Source: Heteronotia binoei (lineage: Eukaryota). Taken from it: a stretch of 64,000 nt of DNA. The position numbers were made by a program, and so were the translations under genes. How positions within the stretch are numbered: the stretch's first letter is position 1; each line of letters begins with the position of its first letter. The DNA lies in assembly GCF_032191835.1 (NCBI RefSeq), contig NC_083234.1:16120001-16184000 (forward strand), read 5' to 3'. Positions 40,392-52,984 of the stretch are shown piece after piece. Below the pieces are notes generated by a model. That model had not been told where the DNA came from. It saw nothing but the letters and a program-made list of their open reading frames with translations, and ran no database searches.

Positions 40392-41274
40392 CTGTAAGAC
40401 AAAAGCACTCTAACAGGGTTAAATTAACAGAGTTATTTGAGATGAACCAGAGTTGCAAGACACTTTTTGACAAAGCCTCAGAAAAGGGCTCCAGCCCACA
40501 AGTATAAAATGTTCCCCAGCAGACATCTTTTGTTTCCATGGATTTTGCCTATGACCACAGAGCATTCACACAATGTAGACAGACTTGGGAGTCCAAAATG
40601 TCCAAAGTTTGCAAATAAATGCAAAAATGCCTGACAAAAAATGCTCCATTTGGCAATGTCAGTAGCAAGCAATATGCTTGGATAACAGAGTTCCACGTTT
40701 GCTATTTGCAAATTTCCATATCTTCAGCACAACCAGATGCAACTGGCACCTTAAGTGGAGAGAAAGTCAAAAGTTACTTCTGCAAAGGAAGTGCACTCCT
40801 TTTATTAAGCATGTAATTAAGTGCGTCTGTGTATCCCACTCCCCCCCAAACAGTCTCTGTTCAAGTTTGAGGACAGGCTTCGAAACATAAAAATGGGCCT
40901 AGGAGAGCATGAGGAAGAATTAGTATCTGAAGAGCTCAGGGAAGCCAGAAACCCTTCCTGGGAAACATTTTATTTACTCATTTATTTACTCTGGATTTAT
41001 ATCCCATCCTCTCCACGAACAGACTCAGGGCAGCTTGAGAAAACATCAGGCTCAGGAAACATCAGCCACTCCACCCTGAGGCCCTGCAGAGCCCCACGAC
41101 TGGTTGTGTTGCAAGACCATCGCAGTGTTACCACCAGGTGCTTAAGAGGCAGTCACCCAGGCCCTTCTGCATGATGCTGGAGGTGATCCAGCTCATCACC
41201 AAACGCCAGGAGAAGGAAGGGGCACTGTTTGCGAGCAGCTCAAGGACCTACCTGCAACATAGCCCCTAGCTGCA

Positions 41275-41304
41275 TCAGTGAAAAGCAGTAGTATTCTGAG
41301 TTGC
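41275..41304 (-). CDS. TPST2: TPST2 last coding exon, ATQNTTAFH*
   Basis: ctcttccAG acceptor, TGA at 41277-41275. The exon continues to a GTAGGT donor at 41251. Confidence 0.8.
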   Translation of the reverse strand, partial: ATQNTTAFH

Positions 41305-44300
41305 CTGGAAGAGCCCAAAAAATAAAGCAAAGCAATTATCAGCAGTCCTTTAGATTGTGGCATTCTGCCCTTCTGAACTGGGCAGCAGAAAGCTGGAAGA
41401 CATAGAGCTGCCAGTTGGGAGCTGCCTTCTCACCCCACCCAAGGCTCTCCTGGCCCAGAGCAGTCTCCTCTGACTGGCCACACACATTCGGCAGAGGCAG
41501 GTTATCTCCACCCTGCTGCCTGGGAGCCTTCAGCTGGTGGGGAGGGGAAGCATGCCATGCACGCGCAGCCACAGGCCCTCCCCTCCAGAACTGTGCTGCT
41601 GCTGCTCAGGCTTTTCATGATCCTTGGCCTCAGGTTTACAGAATTCACCCCTGGAGGGGGGAGGGAAAGAAAAAGCTCAAAGAAAGAGGCAGCAAGCAGG
41701 AAAAGACAAGAAACTTCACCTGAAACTGTCCCTTCAGATTGGCAGGTGTTTTAAAGTCCCCTTTTAGAACCTGTGCGAGGAACAAGAAAGGAGGGTCAAG
41801 ACAGCCGAGTAGACACGAGAGACAGTCCCCTGTGCTCTGCTGACTGGCCTCTCGCCCACACAATGTGGCAGAAAGGCTGTCCCTGACAGAAGAAAAAGAT
41901 TTGAGCAATCAGACAGCTCGCTATCCTGATTTACTAGCAACGCTGATAAAGGGGCCTTCTGAATGAAAGTGGGATCCTCCTAACCAACATTTCATGCAAC
42001 TAAGTACTGCAACTGACTGATTCCCATTAAACACAAACTATCCTGGTTAAGTGGGGAGATGTGGAAGAGAGTCCCTAACACCCAGAGCAGCAACGCTCCG
42101 AGAGAGACAGGCGCCCTCGACTGGAGCCCCTCTCAAGCAGACAAGTCCGCTGAGAAAGGACCCCTTTGTGCTGCTGGCCCCACTTCTGCCAGATGTTGCC
42201 ACCTGACAAGAACACACTGCTGAGAACTTTTCCTGCTGGCTAAGACCCAGCATCAGGTCGCCTGAACAACTGGCATTGTTTGCTGTAATCTGTCGTCAAT
42301 GAAAAGAGAGTTCAAGGAGGCACTGGGCCATGGCAGGAAATGTCCTCTGTTCCAGCCAGAGAAGAAGCAGCAGAAGAAATTGGATTTATATCCTGCCCTC
42401 CACTCCGAATCTCAGAGTGGCTCACAATCTCCTCTATCTTCCTCCCCCACAATAGACACCCTTTGAGGTGGGTGGGGCTGAGAGGGCTCTCCCAGCAGCT
42501 GCCCTTTCAAGAACAACCTCTGCCAGAGCGATGGCTGACCCAAGGCCATGCCAGCAGCTGCAAGTGGACTTCTTCATTCCTGGCTCATTGTTTTAGCTGC
42601 TGCTGCTCTACACCAGCTTGCAAGCTGAAGAAGAAGAAGAGGAGGAGGAGTGGGGAATCAAACCCGGTTCTCCCATATAAGACTGTGCACACTTAACCAC
42701 GACATCAAACCGGCTCGAGTTACCCGGTTCCAAGATCAGAGCTGGCACTCACCCTATGGGTGTTGTTGATCACCAAGGGGTCTGGGTGCCCATAGTTGGG
42801 GGGGTTGGCATAGGGGTCGTAGCCCAGCCTGGCCAGCATTGGGGCGATGTGGGCCATGTCCTGAAGTACGTCCCCTGGAATGTGCCCCAGCCACCTGGAC
42901 AAGGCCTCCGTGTTCACCGGCTTGATCACCTGGTCTGTGGACCGCTCAATCCTGCACAGGAGTTAAAACAAAAAGAGGTCAGGTTCTCAAAGGCCCCTTC
43001 CCCATCACTGCCCCCCCTTGGCCCTGGCTGTCTTTACAGCATAGATCAAACTCTGTCGGTCCTCCAACTGAAGGCCCTGGCTCTCTTGGAGGTTGAAGGT
43101 GGGGGGGGCAGAGTGAGCTGGGAGTGGAAGTGTTGGGAGGCTGAAAGGCAGAAGGATCGGAGTAGCCTTGGAAGACAGCCTGTTGTGCAGTAATGCTAAA
43201 CAGAAAACAAATCTTGCAGATGTCCTCAGTGTTAACTGATGAAAACATGTTGTGTCTTATACTAGGGAGGGGGAAGCAGCATGGATTTATATGTCAGCAT
43301 TTCTTACATGTGCCCCCCCCCCCCAAGTGGTAGATTCATCTGCCCAAGTGGAAGAGCCCAGCCCCTTCCTGCCAGGAGCATCCAAGCAAGGAGGCTCCAC
43401 TGAGTGCCCCCCTGGGCCTGTCTGCCACCACACAGCTGTGCTGGGTACTGACAACAGCTTCAGGGAACTCATGAGATGGACTCCAGCCCCACTGTGACCT
43501 CTGTCCTCTCTGCTGCTGAAGCTTCACTAACCCTGCTTGCCAGAGAGAACGGCCTGCGTCCCTCAGACTGAAATGCTGGCACGTCATGGCAGCCAGAGAA
43601 GGTTCCTCGGCAGCCAGCAACATCGGCTCCTTCACTACTTGCTCCCTTTAGGAAGCGCTGCCCAGAGAGGGGGAGGCACCTGTGATGCTGAGAGGAAGCC
43701 CGGCACTGCCTTTAGATCCCTGTGTTGCTAGCGGCTACTTTAAGAAGTGGCTATTTCTTTGGCTGCTTTCTTGTGGGCTGCCGAAACTCAAGGGGCAGCC
43801 ACCTCTAGCACGCCAACCCTGCTTGCAGCCCCTCTTCAACTGCCTTTGCCCCCACTCACCTAAGCCAGTCCCCCCTGCCCCCCCCCGCCGAACACAGTGC
43901 CCAGAGGAGCCGAAAGAGCACATGCACACATGTGCACTCACTTGGAGAGTGAGACGCCACCGGGCTTCCCAATCAGCTCCTCGTGGTGCAGGACGGCATC
44001 GCTCCAGGCGATGTCCAAGAACTCCATGATGTCCCGCATGGACCTCTGGGGATGCAGCACCAGCTGCTCGTAGTAAACCGGGAGGCACCGTGCCCGGCCA
44101 ATCTCCAGGCACTGGTTGTGCATCACCTCGATGGCCTTGTTCCACTTGGTTAAGCAGTCCCGGTAGCTGCTGAGGTCGAAGCCTGCGATCGTGACCTTCC
44201 TGGTGATCATGGAGTGGACGGAGGCCCGCCCGTCACGCACCATCAGGAGGAACTTGGAGTTGGGGAACAAGCGAGACAGGTAGACGGAGGACTTGAGTGT

Positions 44301-44783
44301 GAAGGGATCTTTGTTGCAGAGGTACCTGGCCGGCTCCCCATGCTTGGCAATCACCTCCAAGATAAAGGCCTGCATGGCAGCGTCCAAGACTTGGTCCGTC
44401 ACCCCAGCTTCATCCAAGCGCATTTTCTCCCGCCCGGATTTGGACCAGGCCTGCCGCATGGCCAGCACACGCGGGATGATGCGGGTCTCCTCCCCACAGC
44501 GCACCTCCGGGTGAGCATCCAGCATGGCCCGCATCAGTGTGGTCCCGCTCCGAGGAACCCCGCCGATGAAGATGAGCGGCATCTCTTTGCTGTAGCGGTA
44601 CTCGACTCGGTTGGAGTCCAGCATCACCAGCTCCTCGTTCTCTGGCCGCATCAGGCCCCGCTGGCTGGAGCCCTGGCCCAGGATCTGTTGGCACTGCAGC
44701 ATCTGCTGGCCCAGGTGTGCCGACACCATCAGGCCAATGGCAAAGCCCACCCCCAGCAGCACCCGCTTCATGGTCACCCGCAT
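41275..44783 (-). CDS. TPST2: TPST2, protein-tyrosine sulfotransferase 2. CDS span of 4 coding exons, 373 aa
   Basis: N-terminal TM anchor, PAPS-binding [18 protein letters not shown] and RDGRASVHS motifs intact. Exon sum is 1122 nt. Confidence 0.97.
41720..41770 (-). CDS. TPST2: TPST2 coding exon 3 (51 nt), [17 protein letters not shown]
   Basis: cacAG acceptor, GTGAAG donor, conserved peptide. Confidence 0.95.
42361..42716 (-). mobile_element. SINE copy with an internal insertion (TPST2 intron)
   Basis: Matches the major SINE tail and head; ~70 bp of extra sequence plus (GAA)n near 42570-42645. Confidence 0.82.
42753..42951 (-). CDS. TPST2: TPST2 coding exon 2, [13 protein letters not shown]...INNTHR
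   Basis: 199 nt, AG/GTGAGT boundaries. Confidence 0.96.
43942..44783 (-). CDS. TPST2: TPST2 coding exon 1 (CDS part 842 nt), [10 protein letters not shown]...GGVSLS(K)
   Basis: Acceptor cacAG at 44814-44813, ATG at 44783, GTGAGT donor at 43941. Confidence 0.96.
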
Positions 44784-47067
44784 CCTCTCCCCACCCACAT
44801 GGGCCCAGAAACCTGTGGGATCTGCTCTGCTTTCAGCTTCCAGACAAGAAGAGGCCGCAAAGACGATCTGTCAAGACAAAGCCAATAAATCAAGGCAGAG
44901 TCAGAAAGGACGCAGCCTGCAAGTGTTACATCACACACCTCTTCTTAATCTGCACCTCTTCAAAACCTGCAAGAAGGGAGTTCCGCCAGTCTCAGACATG
45001 GCAGTGTGGGGAGGGGCCAGTGTGCAAAGAGTCGATCTGAAGCAAAATCACACCCCCTTCCAAGGCCATGGATGTCAGTGAGGTTAAAAGGAGACAACTC
45101 TGTGCAGGAATGCATGTTGAAGCTCAAGTTCTGGGAAATCCTACTGTTTTGATAACTGCAATCTAGGGTATTGTTCTAAACTTTGTTGCTACCTGACCTG
45201 AGCCCTGCAGTGTGCTTGGCCTCCCCCACCCAAAGCTAAGAAAGCCCCTAGGATCGGGACCAGCTCAAAAATGGCCCAGAGAATCACAAAGTCCATTAGA
45301 CTGAGGACTGATTCAGACTGGGGATTGCTGCTTTAATGCGAAATGGGTGTGCAATGCAGATAACTTTAACCAGGAGGAAAGGGCACGTGGCCCATTAGAA
45401 AAGCTTTTAGAGTGTGCGGGGGGGAGGTACATGTCGCCATTGCCAAAGCCGAGTCCAGCACGCACTGTGCGAGAAAGCCACAGGTGGGAATCCAGACCAA
45501 TTCAAGCCGGCGCAAATCTCATCCTTGGGGTCAAGGACACCGCCAGCAAGCCCCCCTGCCCTCCCCCCGAATTCCCTTCCAATAATGCCAACAACCAGCA
45601 AGTCTTAATTGGTGTGTCTTGTGGCTATGAACATGTTCAAATATTAATGGTGCATGCAGGGCGGTGGGGGGGAGCGAGAATGCAATAGCATCAAATATTC
45701 ATTAACACACTGCCAATATATGTCAGAAGAGCCCATTAGGGTGACACTCACCTTGCCCTGGGAAGTTCATTTTGTCGCTCACCACTTGCTGGGCTCAAAA
45801 ACGGGGAAGGGAGAGAAATCCTGGGGAGGGAACAGAAAGGGAAAACCACAAGGTCAGGTGCTTGCTCAGCAGTCTGGCTGATCTACCTGGGAACAGCTTG
45901 GAAGAAGCCTCCTCCTGTTCCCCAGGTACGGTCCCCTGCCCTCCCTCCCTCCCAATTAATGTTTCTCTGGACAGATTTCTACCCTCTGCTTACAGGCTCC
46001 TGAGCAACGACATGGTGCTGCACTGGGCAGAAAGCCAGAGAGGCCTGGCTGTGCCCCAGCTGTCGTTTGTGCAAGGGCTGTGCCATCGAGCACCAGAGGA
46101 GGAGGCCTGCAGCTGCCCTTCAGGCTGCCCAGAGCAGCGGTTATGCAACTGCCTGCTGAGACCCTGGGGCAACTGCTCTGCCAGTGGACTTTTGCCAACT
46201 GCCCCGTGGGCTGTTCCCAGCATCACCTCTGCCCAGAAGAGGAAGCGCAGCCAGGCAGGAGGTGGCCACGTTGTGCCAGGGGGAGCTTTCCTGCCCCAGA
46301 GATCTGCCAAGTGAACAAGTTGGATTTCACCACACGTTTGTGCCGGCCGGAGCTCATCAGTAGCCTCTGGATTCACCCCTGCCAGAGACTGCAGGCTAAG
46401 CACTGCTACGTGAACGGGCCCGGCCTGTTGAGGAGGCCCCCTGAATGAGCCCTGAAGCCAGCCAGCCGTCTTGTGAGAAGGACTCTCACAACAACCCGCT
46501 CTTGCCAGTGGCCTGCTCCTGAGAAGATATCTATCCCTTATTTCATCAGCGACGCAAGCCAGTGGCAAGCTCCTGGCACAGAATGGGTCTCCTTTGACAC
46601 TTGTTGCCATGACAACAGATGGGCAACCATGTTGTGGGAGGTGAAGAAGTGTGTGCCGGGAAGGCCACAAGGCAGCAGAGGCCAGAGGCAAAGCAGAACT
46701 AACTCCCTGCAAAGAAGAGGAAGGAAAGGGCAGCTTCCCCTACAGCCAGGCCTGATGAAACTTCCTCTCTCCCGGTGTTCAAAAATACAGCAGGAAGGCG
46801 AAGGACACACATGTCTCTTCTGCCTTTAACAGCAGCAACCAGACTGGCTCTGGCTAAAGAACACAAAATACACATGGCCGTCACAGAGAAGAATCCGTGA
46901 GGAAGGGGTGGAATTTAAGCAAGATTTGTAATTAAAAATCACCTTTTAAATTGCAGACTATGAGAAAAAGAAAGGGGGAAATTCAGCTCTAAAAACCACC
47001 AGCACCACACACCAGCTTTCTCTCCCCCTTGCCCACAAAAGCAGGGGCTGGGGGCAATGTCCTGCAG

Positions 47068-47188
47068 CAGGGGTGGCCAACGGTAGCTCTCAGGATGTTT
47101 TTTGCCTACAACTCTCATCAGCCCCAGCCATTGGCCATGCTGGCTGGGGCTGATGGGAGTTCTGGAAAGCTACCATTGGCCACCCCTG
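47068..47188. mobile_element. Palindromic hAT-type MITE
   Basis: Perfect 13-bp TIR CAGGGGTGGCCAA, internal inverted repeats, imperfect TSD tcctgcag/ccctacag. Confidence 0.8.
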
Positions 47189-48169
47189 CCCTACAGTGAA
47201 TAAAGTCAAAAAGGATTTGAAATTCCAGTCTGTGGAGCAATTTAAATACTTTCTCATACGGTTAACGAAAAAGACTGGTGCAGGTAAGCCCCCGTGCCCA
47301 TTTCTCAAGAGCAGTAAAGTCAGAAAGGCCAGCGCCCACGAAAGGACCCTGAGGCAAGCAACTGGCCCCACAAGACCAGCAAGGGGCCCTGCCCTCTCTA
47401 CCATGTTGAGAACACGGCTGGCATTCTGAGCCTGAAGAGAGAGGTCACCAGACCGCAGCAAGCCCAGCTTCTCTGCTCTGCACCTGGTTCTGCTCCATAG
47501 CCACAGAATGGCTCCTATTGGCAGGACACCCATTTGTGGAGGGAGTCTAGCCAAGGGTTCCTTTCACACAAGACGTTTACACGTGTTCTACACAGGCAAC
47601 AAGAAAAACCACACGCAGAGAGCAAGAGATGAAAGGGGTGGAGTCTGTGTTTCTGCTGTTAAGGAAAGGGGAGGCTGCTGCATTTGCTTCCGTGTCCGTC
47701 TCCCACCTGCCTCTTCTTCCTCCCCCCTCCACTCCCCAGGCTGTAAAAGAAGCCAAAGAGTGAGGCAGGGCAGGAAAAATGATGCCCCCACCTGCCCCAC
47801 CTCTGCAGGAGCACCTCCTCTGCCGTGCATTCCAGACCACCTGGAAGGAAACCTCCATCCCACCCCCACCCCCACCTGCCTGCAGCTCCACTCTCTCTCT
47901 TTTCTTGGAGCCAGAGGCCCCTGGCAAGGCCATTCCAGAGCAGGCAGGCTCAGGATTCCAGAACAGTCAGTTGAGCTGGTTGCTAAGGGATTCCGAGAGC
48001 AGCCAAGAGCCAAGGACCCTCTGAGTCCTCTCCATGCCCATGCCTGAACAAAGACAGGCTCCTTCGGCAGGCCTGCAAGAAACCCAGCAGATGCCTGGAA
48101 GAGGAGGGGGGGCGGAGGGGGCTGGCTTCTGTGGTCAGAAATGAGTTTCTTCATCCTGCTAACAGAGTC

Positions 48170-48335
48170 CAGCGGGCAACCCTGTTGGTCTGAAGCAACA
48201 GAGCAGCGTTTGAGTCGAGAGACACCTTTCAGACCAATGCAGTCTTATTATTCTGGGCATGCACATGAAAGCGTCTACACAGAATTAAACTTTTTTGGTT
48301 TTAAAGGTGCCTCTTGACTCAAACTTTGTTTTGGG
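48170..48335. mobile_element. Degenerate Penelope-like inverted terminal remnant
   Basis: tgttggtctgaagc...cacctttcagaccaa...ttggttttaaaggtgcc...caaactttgtt, related to 62907-63016. Confidence 0.55.
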
Positions 48336-49435
48336 AATCACAAACTGGAGCAGCATTTCTTTAATGACTAAATAAGGGTTTCTCCCCCTCCCCAAACCAG
48401 GGGACAGAGGAGGAGCTGCAGAACCCTCAAGACAGGGAGGGCCGAACCTGGACCCCAAAAGCCCCGCTGCATCTCCTCTCACTGCAACATGCTCAGGCAG
48501 GGACACCCATGTGAAGACATGGAGCCAGTAAGGAGAAAGAAGGGGACTTTTGCTTGGAGGTCATCCCCCTCCCTCCCTCCCTCGCAGGAGAGCCTCCCCT
48601 CCAATGCTCTTCACCTGCACCGAGCAGACAGCCAGGGCTGGCAGCAGGTAAGAACTGCACTCCCCCCTACTCCAGTTTTCAGAGCAAAAGCCCTGCAGCC
48701 ACCAGCAAATCAGGAACTGGCTGCAACTCTCTATAAGATGTATTCAATAGCTGCGCCCCCCCACCTCCCCACTTAGCAAGCAGAGGCTTTGGTTCAGGGT
48801 TCTAGTCACCTCGAGAGCAGACCACCATAGCCCCTGCAGGAATTGCCTCCTGTTTGCACAAGGGGGGGGGCAGATCAGGGATTAAGCTGCCCCCTCCCCA
48901 AAGCCAGTTCATCCTCTTCCCTCTTTGCCTGTTGGCACCAAACAAGCAAGGGAATATTTTTGTTGTCTGGATGGATGTCCACATTTCTGGGAACAAAGGG
49001 GTCAGGCTGTATGCAACACTTCCCAGGACACAAGAGCTCAAAGCAACTATTGCAAAATGTGATGTTCTCACACATCCAAGAAAAGGAGGAGAAAAGAGCT
49101 GGGCCCAAAACTCACCTGTACAGAACACAAAAAGACAGAACAGTACAAGTAAGAACAACACTGCAACATTTCACTTCTGGAGGCCAGAATGGCCATCACC
49201 TTCCCTTCTGTCTTGCCAAGTGGAAGCCAATATTCTGTACTGCTGAGGTCCCCCAAGCCCAGCCCACCCCCAAACTTCAGCCACACCAGCCTTTGACAAT
49301 AATGTTTTTGGAAGTGCATCAGAACACCAATAGGCATTTGGTGGGGGGTGAAATCCAAGTTAGAATTTTCTTGAACTTCTCTTCTCAAATAAAGCATGCT
49401 TTAGAAAAACAAACAAACCAGGATTTGAACAAACT

Positions 49436-49606
49436 GGACAGTTTCATGCTTTAATGACAGTGCAAAACGAGACTCGCTAGAAAAAGGTTTCCGGACAGTT
49501 TCACACTTTAATGACAGTGCAAAACGAGACTCGCTAGAAAAAGGTTTCTGGACAGTTTCACACTTTAATGATAATGCAAAACAAGAATTGCCTGAAAACT
49601 AGTTTC
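49436..49606. repeat. 57-bp tandem repeat, ~3 copies
   Basis: ggacagtttca starts at 49436, 49493 and 49550. Confidence 0.85.
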
Positions 49607-50024
49607 CGGTGTCTTTCTGACTGCAACAGGAAGGCGGAGTGGTTTGGGTGGATTCAGCAGCCTCCTTTCAGAGATCTCATCTGCTGCTCTGTGCTCCCAC
49701 AAAGACCATTTTGCCCGCCCCACCCCCTTTCCAAAAGGAGCCGGCCTCTGTTCTTCAGGCACACAAGTGCCCAGAGTCCTGGCATCTCAACCCAACTGAG
49801 CGGGCATTCCCTGCCAGTGGAGACGGGCGTGCTGGCCACAAGGCAGATGGCTTTCAAAGGGGGCTTGACAAGTCTGCAGAGGACTTGAGCAGGTACTAGT
49901 CATGGTCACCAAAAGGAACCTCCATATTGAAAGGCAGTCTATCTTAGTCCTGGGAAGCAGCCTCCAGGAAGGCCTCAGCCTCTAAGTGCTCCAGGGCAGC
50001 TGCTTGGCTGCTGGACTAGGTGGA

Positions 50025-50175
50025 CCACTGGCCTGTGGCTCAGTGGAAGAGCCTCTGCTTCGCATGCACAAGGTCCCAGGTTCAAGGGAAGGACCCGGCA
50101 GGCGGTGGTGGGAAAGATTTCCCTCTGCCTGGGTGAGATCCTGGAGAGCTGCCGCTGCTGGCCTGAGTGGACAAC
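50025..50175 (+). mobile_element. tRNA-derived SINE, second family (tRNA-Ala-like head), degenerate
   Basis: TGGCTCAGTGG A-box, then agagcctctgcttcgcatgcacaaggtcccaggttcaa. Confidence 0.65.
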
Positions 50176-50199
50176 GAGGCACCACAACTACAAAGGTTT

Positions 50200-51200
50200 C
50201 CCTGGCCTTCTGCTGGCAGAGCACACAGGCCACGAAGGGGGCTCAGCCAGAGGCGTTGCCAGGGCCCCAATGCCAACCCTGGGCCGCCGGGTGGCTCCGG
50301 CCCAGCCTCGGTGGGTCCTCGCTCTGCAAAAGAGGCCGACAGAGACGCCCTCCCCAGCCTTCTCCTCCTGGCACAGCCGGAGGGCACGCAGCTCCCGAGG
50401 AGCCCCCGCCGCCTCGCAGCAGAGAGCCCGGGAGGGAGTGCCCGCGCGCCCCGGCTGGGGGGGGCAGCTGTGCCGGGACCTGAACCCACAGCCCGCGGTT
50501 GGAGGGGGGTGAGGAGCGCGGAGCTCCCCTGGCCCGGCTGCGCGGCGGAGGCTCAGCTCCGCTCCGCTCGGGGAGGGGAGGGGAGGGGAGGGGGCGCCGC
50601 TTCGGAGGGACTCACCGCCGCCTCTCGCCCGTCCTTCCGTCGGGGCTGCTGCTGCTGCTGCCTGCCCGGCTGGCTGGCTGGCTGGCTGGGCGCTCGGGTG
50701 CCCCTGGCGGCCTCCACTGGCGGCGCCTCCTGCACGTCACGCGCCCGGGGGGCGGGGGAGGGCGAGGATGGAGGGGGGGCCCGCCTCCTGCACGCACGCG
50801 CACACACGCGGCCCCCCAAGGGCAGGGCAGGGACGGCTGCGGCGGGGCCCACCTGCCTGCAGGGACGAGCTCCCCGGGCCGGGCGGAGGAGGGGGCGGCC
50901 CTGCAGCAGTGGCGGCAGCTGCTCGCTCCTTTGTGTCCCCGGCGGCGGCGGCGGCGGGAGGCAGCCCGAGAAGAGGCGGCTTCCTTCCGGGAACCCGTGC
51001 TGAGCTTGCGGGACCAGCCGGCTCTTCCAGTTGTGCGCGCCAGCAGGGCTCCTCCGGCCCCCCAGCCCGGGCCTGCAGCAGGGCACGGGAGGCGGGGAGG
51101 GGGCTGCCAGCTCAGCACCCAGCCTCCATGGCAGCGCCTGCCCTCGTGCTGGGCGCGGAAACTGGCTGCCAAGTCGACCAAGCCCCGGGGGACAGGCCGG
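50200..51200. promoter_or_regulatory. CpG island, probable TPST2 promoter
   Basis: Very high CpG density, GC boxes and a CRE-like CACGTCA near 50733. Confidence 0.75.
50616..50740 (-). other. TPST2: Putative non-coding first exon of TPST2 (upstream edge approximate)
   Basis: GCG|GTGAGT donor at 50615 inside a CpG island ~5.8 kb upstream of the coding exon. Confidence 0.65.
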
Positions 51201-51347
51201 CCCTAGACTGTTGGCACCCTAGGCAAGCCCCCCAGCCGCCACCCCGCACTGATGACGTCACAGGGGAGGGGGCGCCCAATTTGGTGCCCCCAGAGGGCCA
51301 GTGTCCTAGGCAATCCCCTAGTTTCCCTAGTGACAGGGCTGCCCCTG
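51193..51347. mobile_element. hAT-type MITE, reverse-oriented relative of 53051
   Basis: CAGGCCGGCCCT...GGGCTGCCCCTG ends; shares ccaatttggtgcccc and ctaggcaa motifs. No TSD seen. Confidence 0.6.
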
Positions 51348-51353
51348 CAGAGC

Positions 51354-52505
51354 ATAAGAACATCAGAGAAGCCCTGTTGGATCAGGCCAGTGGCCCATCC
51401 AGTCCAACACCCTGTGTCACATAAGAACAGAAAAGAAGCCCTGTTGCATCAGGCCAATGGCCCCTCCAGTCCAACACTCTGTGTCCCACAGTGACCAAAA
51501 AAACAAGTGCCATCAGAAGATCCACCAGTGGGGCCAGGACGCTAGAAGCCCTGCTACTGTGCCCCCCCCCCCCCCAAGCACCTAGAAGACAGAGCATCAT
51601 TGCCCCAGACAGAGAGTTCCATCAGTATGCTGTGGCTAATAGCCACTGATGGACCTCTGCTCCATATGCTTATCCATTCCCCTCTTGTATGCTTGTAATC
51701 ACCACCACTTCCTGTAGCAGTGAATTCCACACGTTAATTGCCCTTTGGGTGAAGAAGGACTTCCTTTTATCAGTTCTAACCCAACAGTTCAGCAATTTCA
51801 TTGAATGTCCACAAGTTCTTGTATTGTGAGAAAGGAAGAAAAGGACTTCTTTCTCTACCTTCTCTATCCCATGCAGAATCTTGTAAATATTGTGTCACCC
51901 CGCAGTCAACGTTTCTCCTGGCTAAAGAGCCCCAAGCGTTTTAGCCTTTCTTCATAGGAAAAGTGTTCCAACCCTTTAATCATTCTAGTTGCCCTTTTCT
52001 GCACTTTTTACAATGCTAGAATATCTTTTTTGAGGTGCGGTGACCAGAATTGTACACAGTACTCCAAATGAGGCTGCACCATCGATTTATACAGGGGCAT
52101 TATGATACTGGCTGATTTGTTTTAAGTACCCTTCCTAATAATTCCCAGCATGGTGTTGGCCCTTTTTATTGCAATCGCACACTGTCTTGACATTTTCAGT
52201 GAGTTATCTACCATGACCCCAAGATCTCTCTCTTGGTCAGTCTCTGCCAGTTCACACCCCATCAACTTGTATTTGTAGCTGGGATTCTTGGCCCCAATGT
52301 GCATTACTTTGCACTTGGCCACACTGAAGCTCATCTGCCACGTTGACGCCCACTCACCCAGCCTCAGCAGATCCCTTTGGAGTGCCTCACAATCTTCTCG
52401 GGTTCTCACCACTCTGAACAATTTAGTGTCATCTGCAAACTTAGCAGTTCACTGTTTACTCCCAACTCCAAATCAATAATGAACAAGTTAAAGAGCATGG
52501 GACCC
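51354..52505 (-). mobile_element. 5'-truncated CR1 with a duplicated 67-bp 3' terminus
   Basis: ORF 52122-52421 is RT-like ([18 protein letters not shown]); taagaac starts at 51355 and 51422. Confidence 0.92.
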
Positions 52506-52984
52506 AGTACGGAGGCTGCCTTGGAGAGGAGAGGGGGCGGGAATTCAAGGCTCAGCAGCTGTTTCTACCCACAGGGGGATCAGAGGAACTCTAGATTTGG
52601 TTGGAATTTTTAACCCACAAGGCCTGACTGCCTGCGGGGAAAAGACATCTACCCCCCCCCCCCACCACCAACTGGTTCTCCTGCTTGGATAGCTCTCCTG
52701 ACCTGGCAGAGGGAACCTGCTCCCCACCCCCATCATGCCCACCAGCCAGGCCTTTGAGTAGAGATGGGAAGGCCACAGACATGCAGGCGCTGGCATCTCG
52801 GGACTGGCTGCAGCTGAGGCTGCTCTTGGGGTGGTATGTGAGACTCTCCTTGGCCAGAGAGGCAGCTGGAAGCACCAAGAGGGCTGTGAGTTTGGTTCAG
52901 AAGGTGGGGTCTTTTTCCCAAAAGGGAGGTGAAAAAAGTGACTGAGGACCAGGCCTTTTGTTTCGGGGTCCAGATGACATTGAG

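Noticed and set aside
43938-44798. TPST2 start at 44798 (MGGER...) as given in the ORF track
   Set aside because: That codon is GTG. The orthologous start is the ATG at 44783 ([10 protein letters not shown] versus human MRLSVRRVLL).
50082-51424. Overlapping 135-278-aa ORFs on both strands
   Set aside because: CpG-island composition effect with no homology signal or exon-like boundaries.
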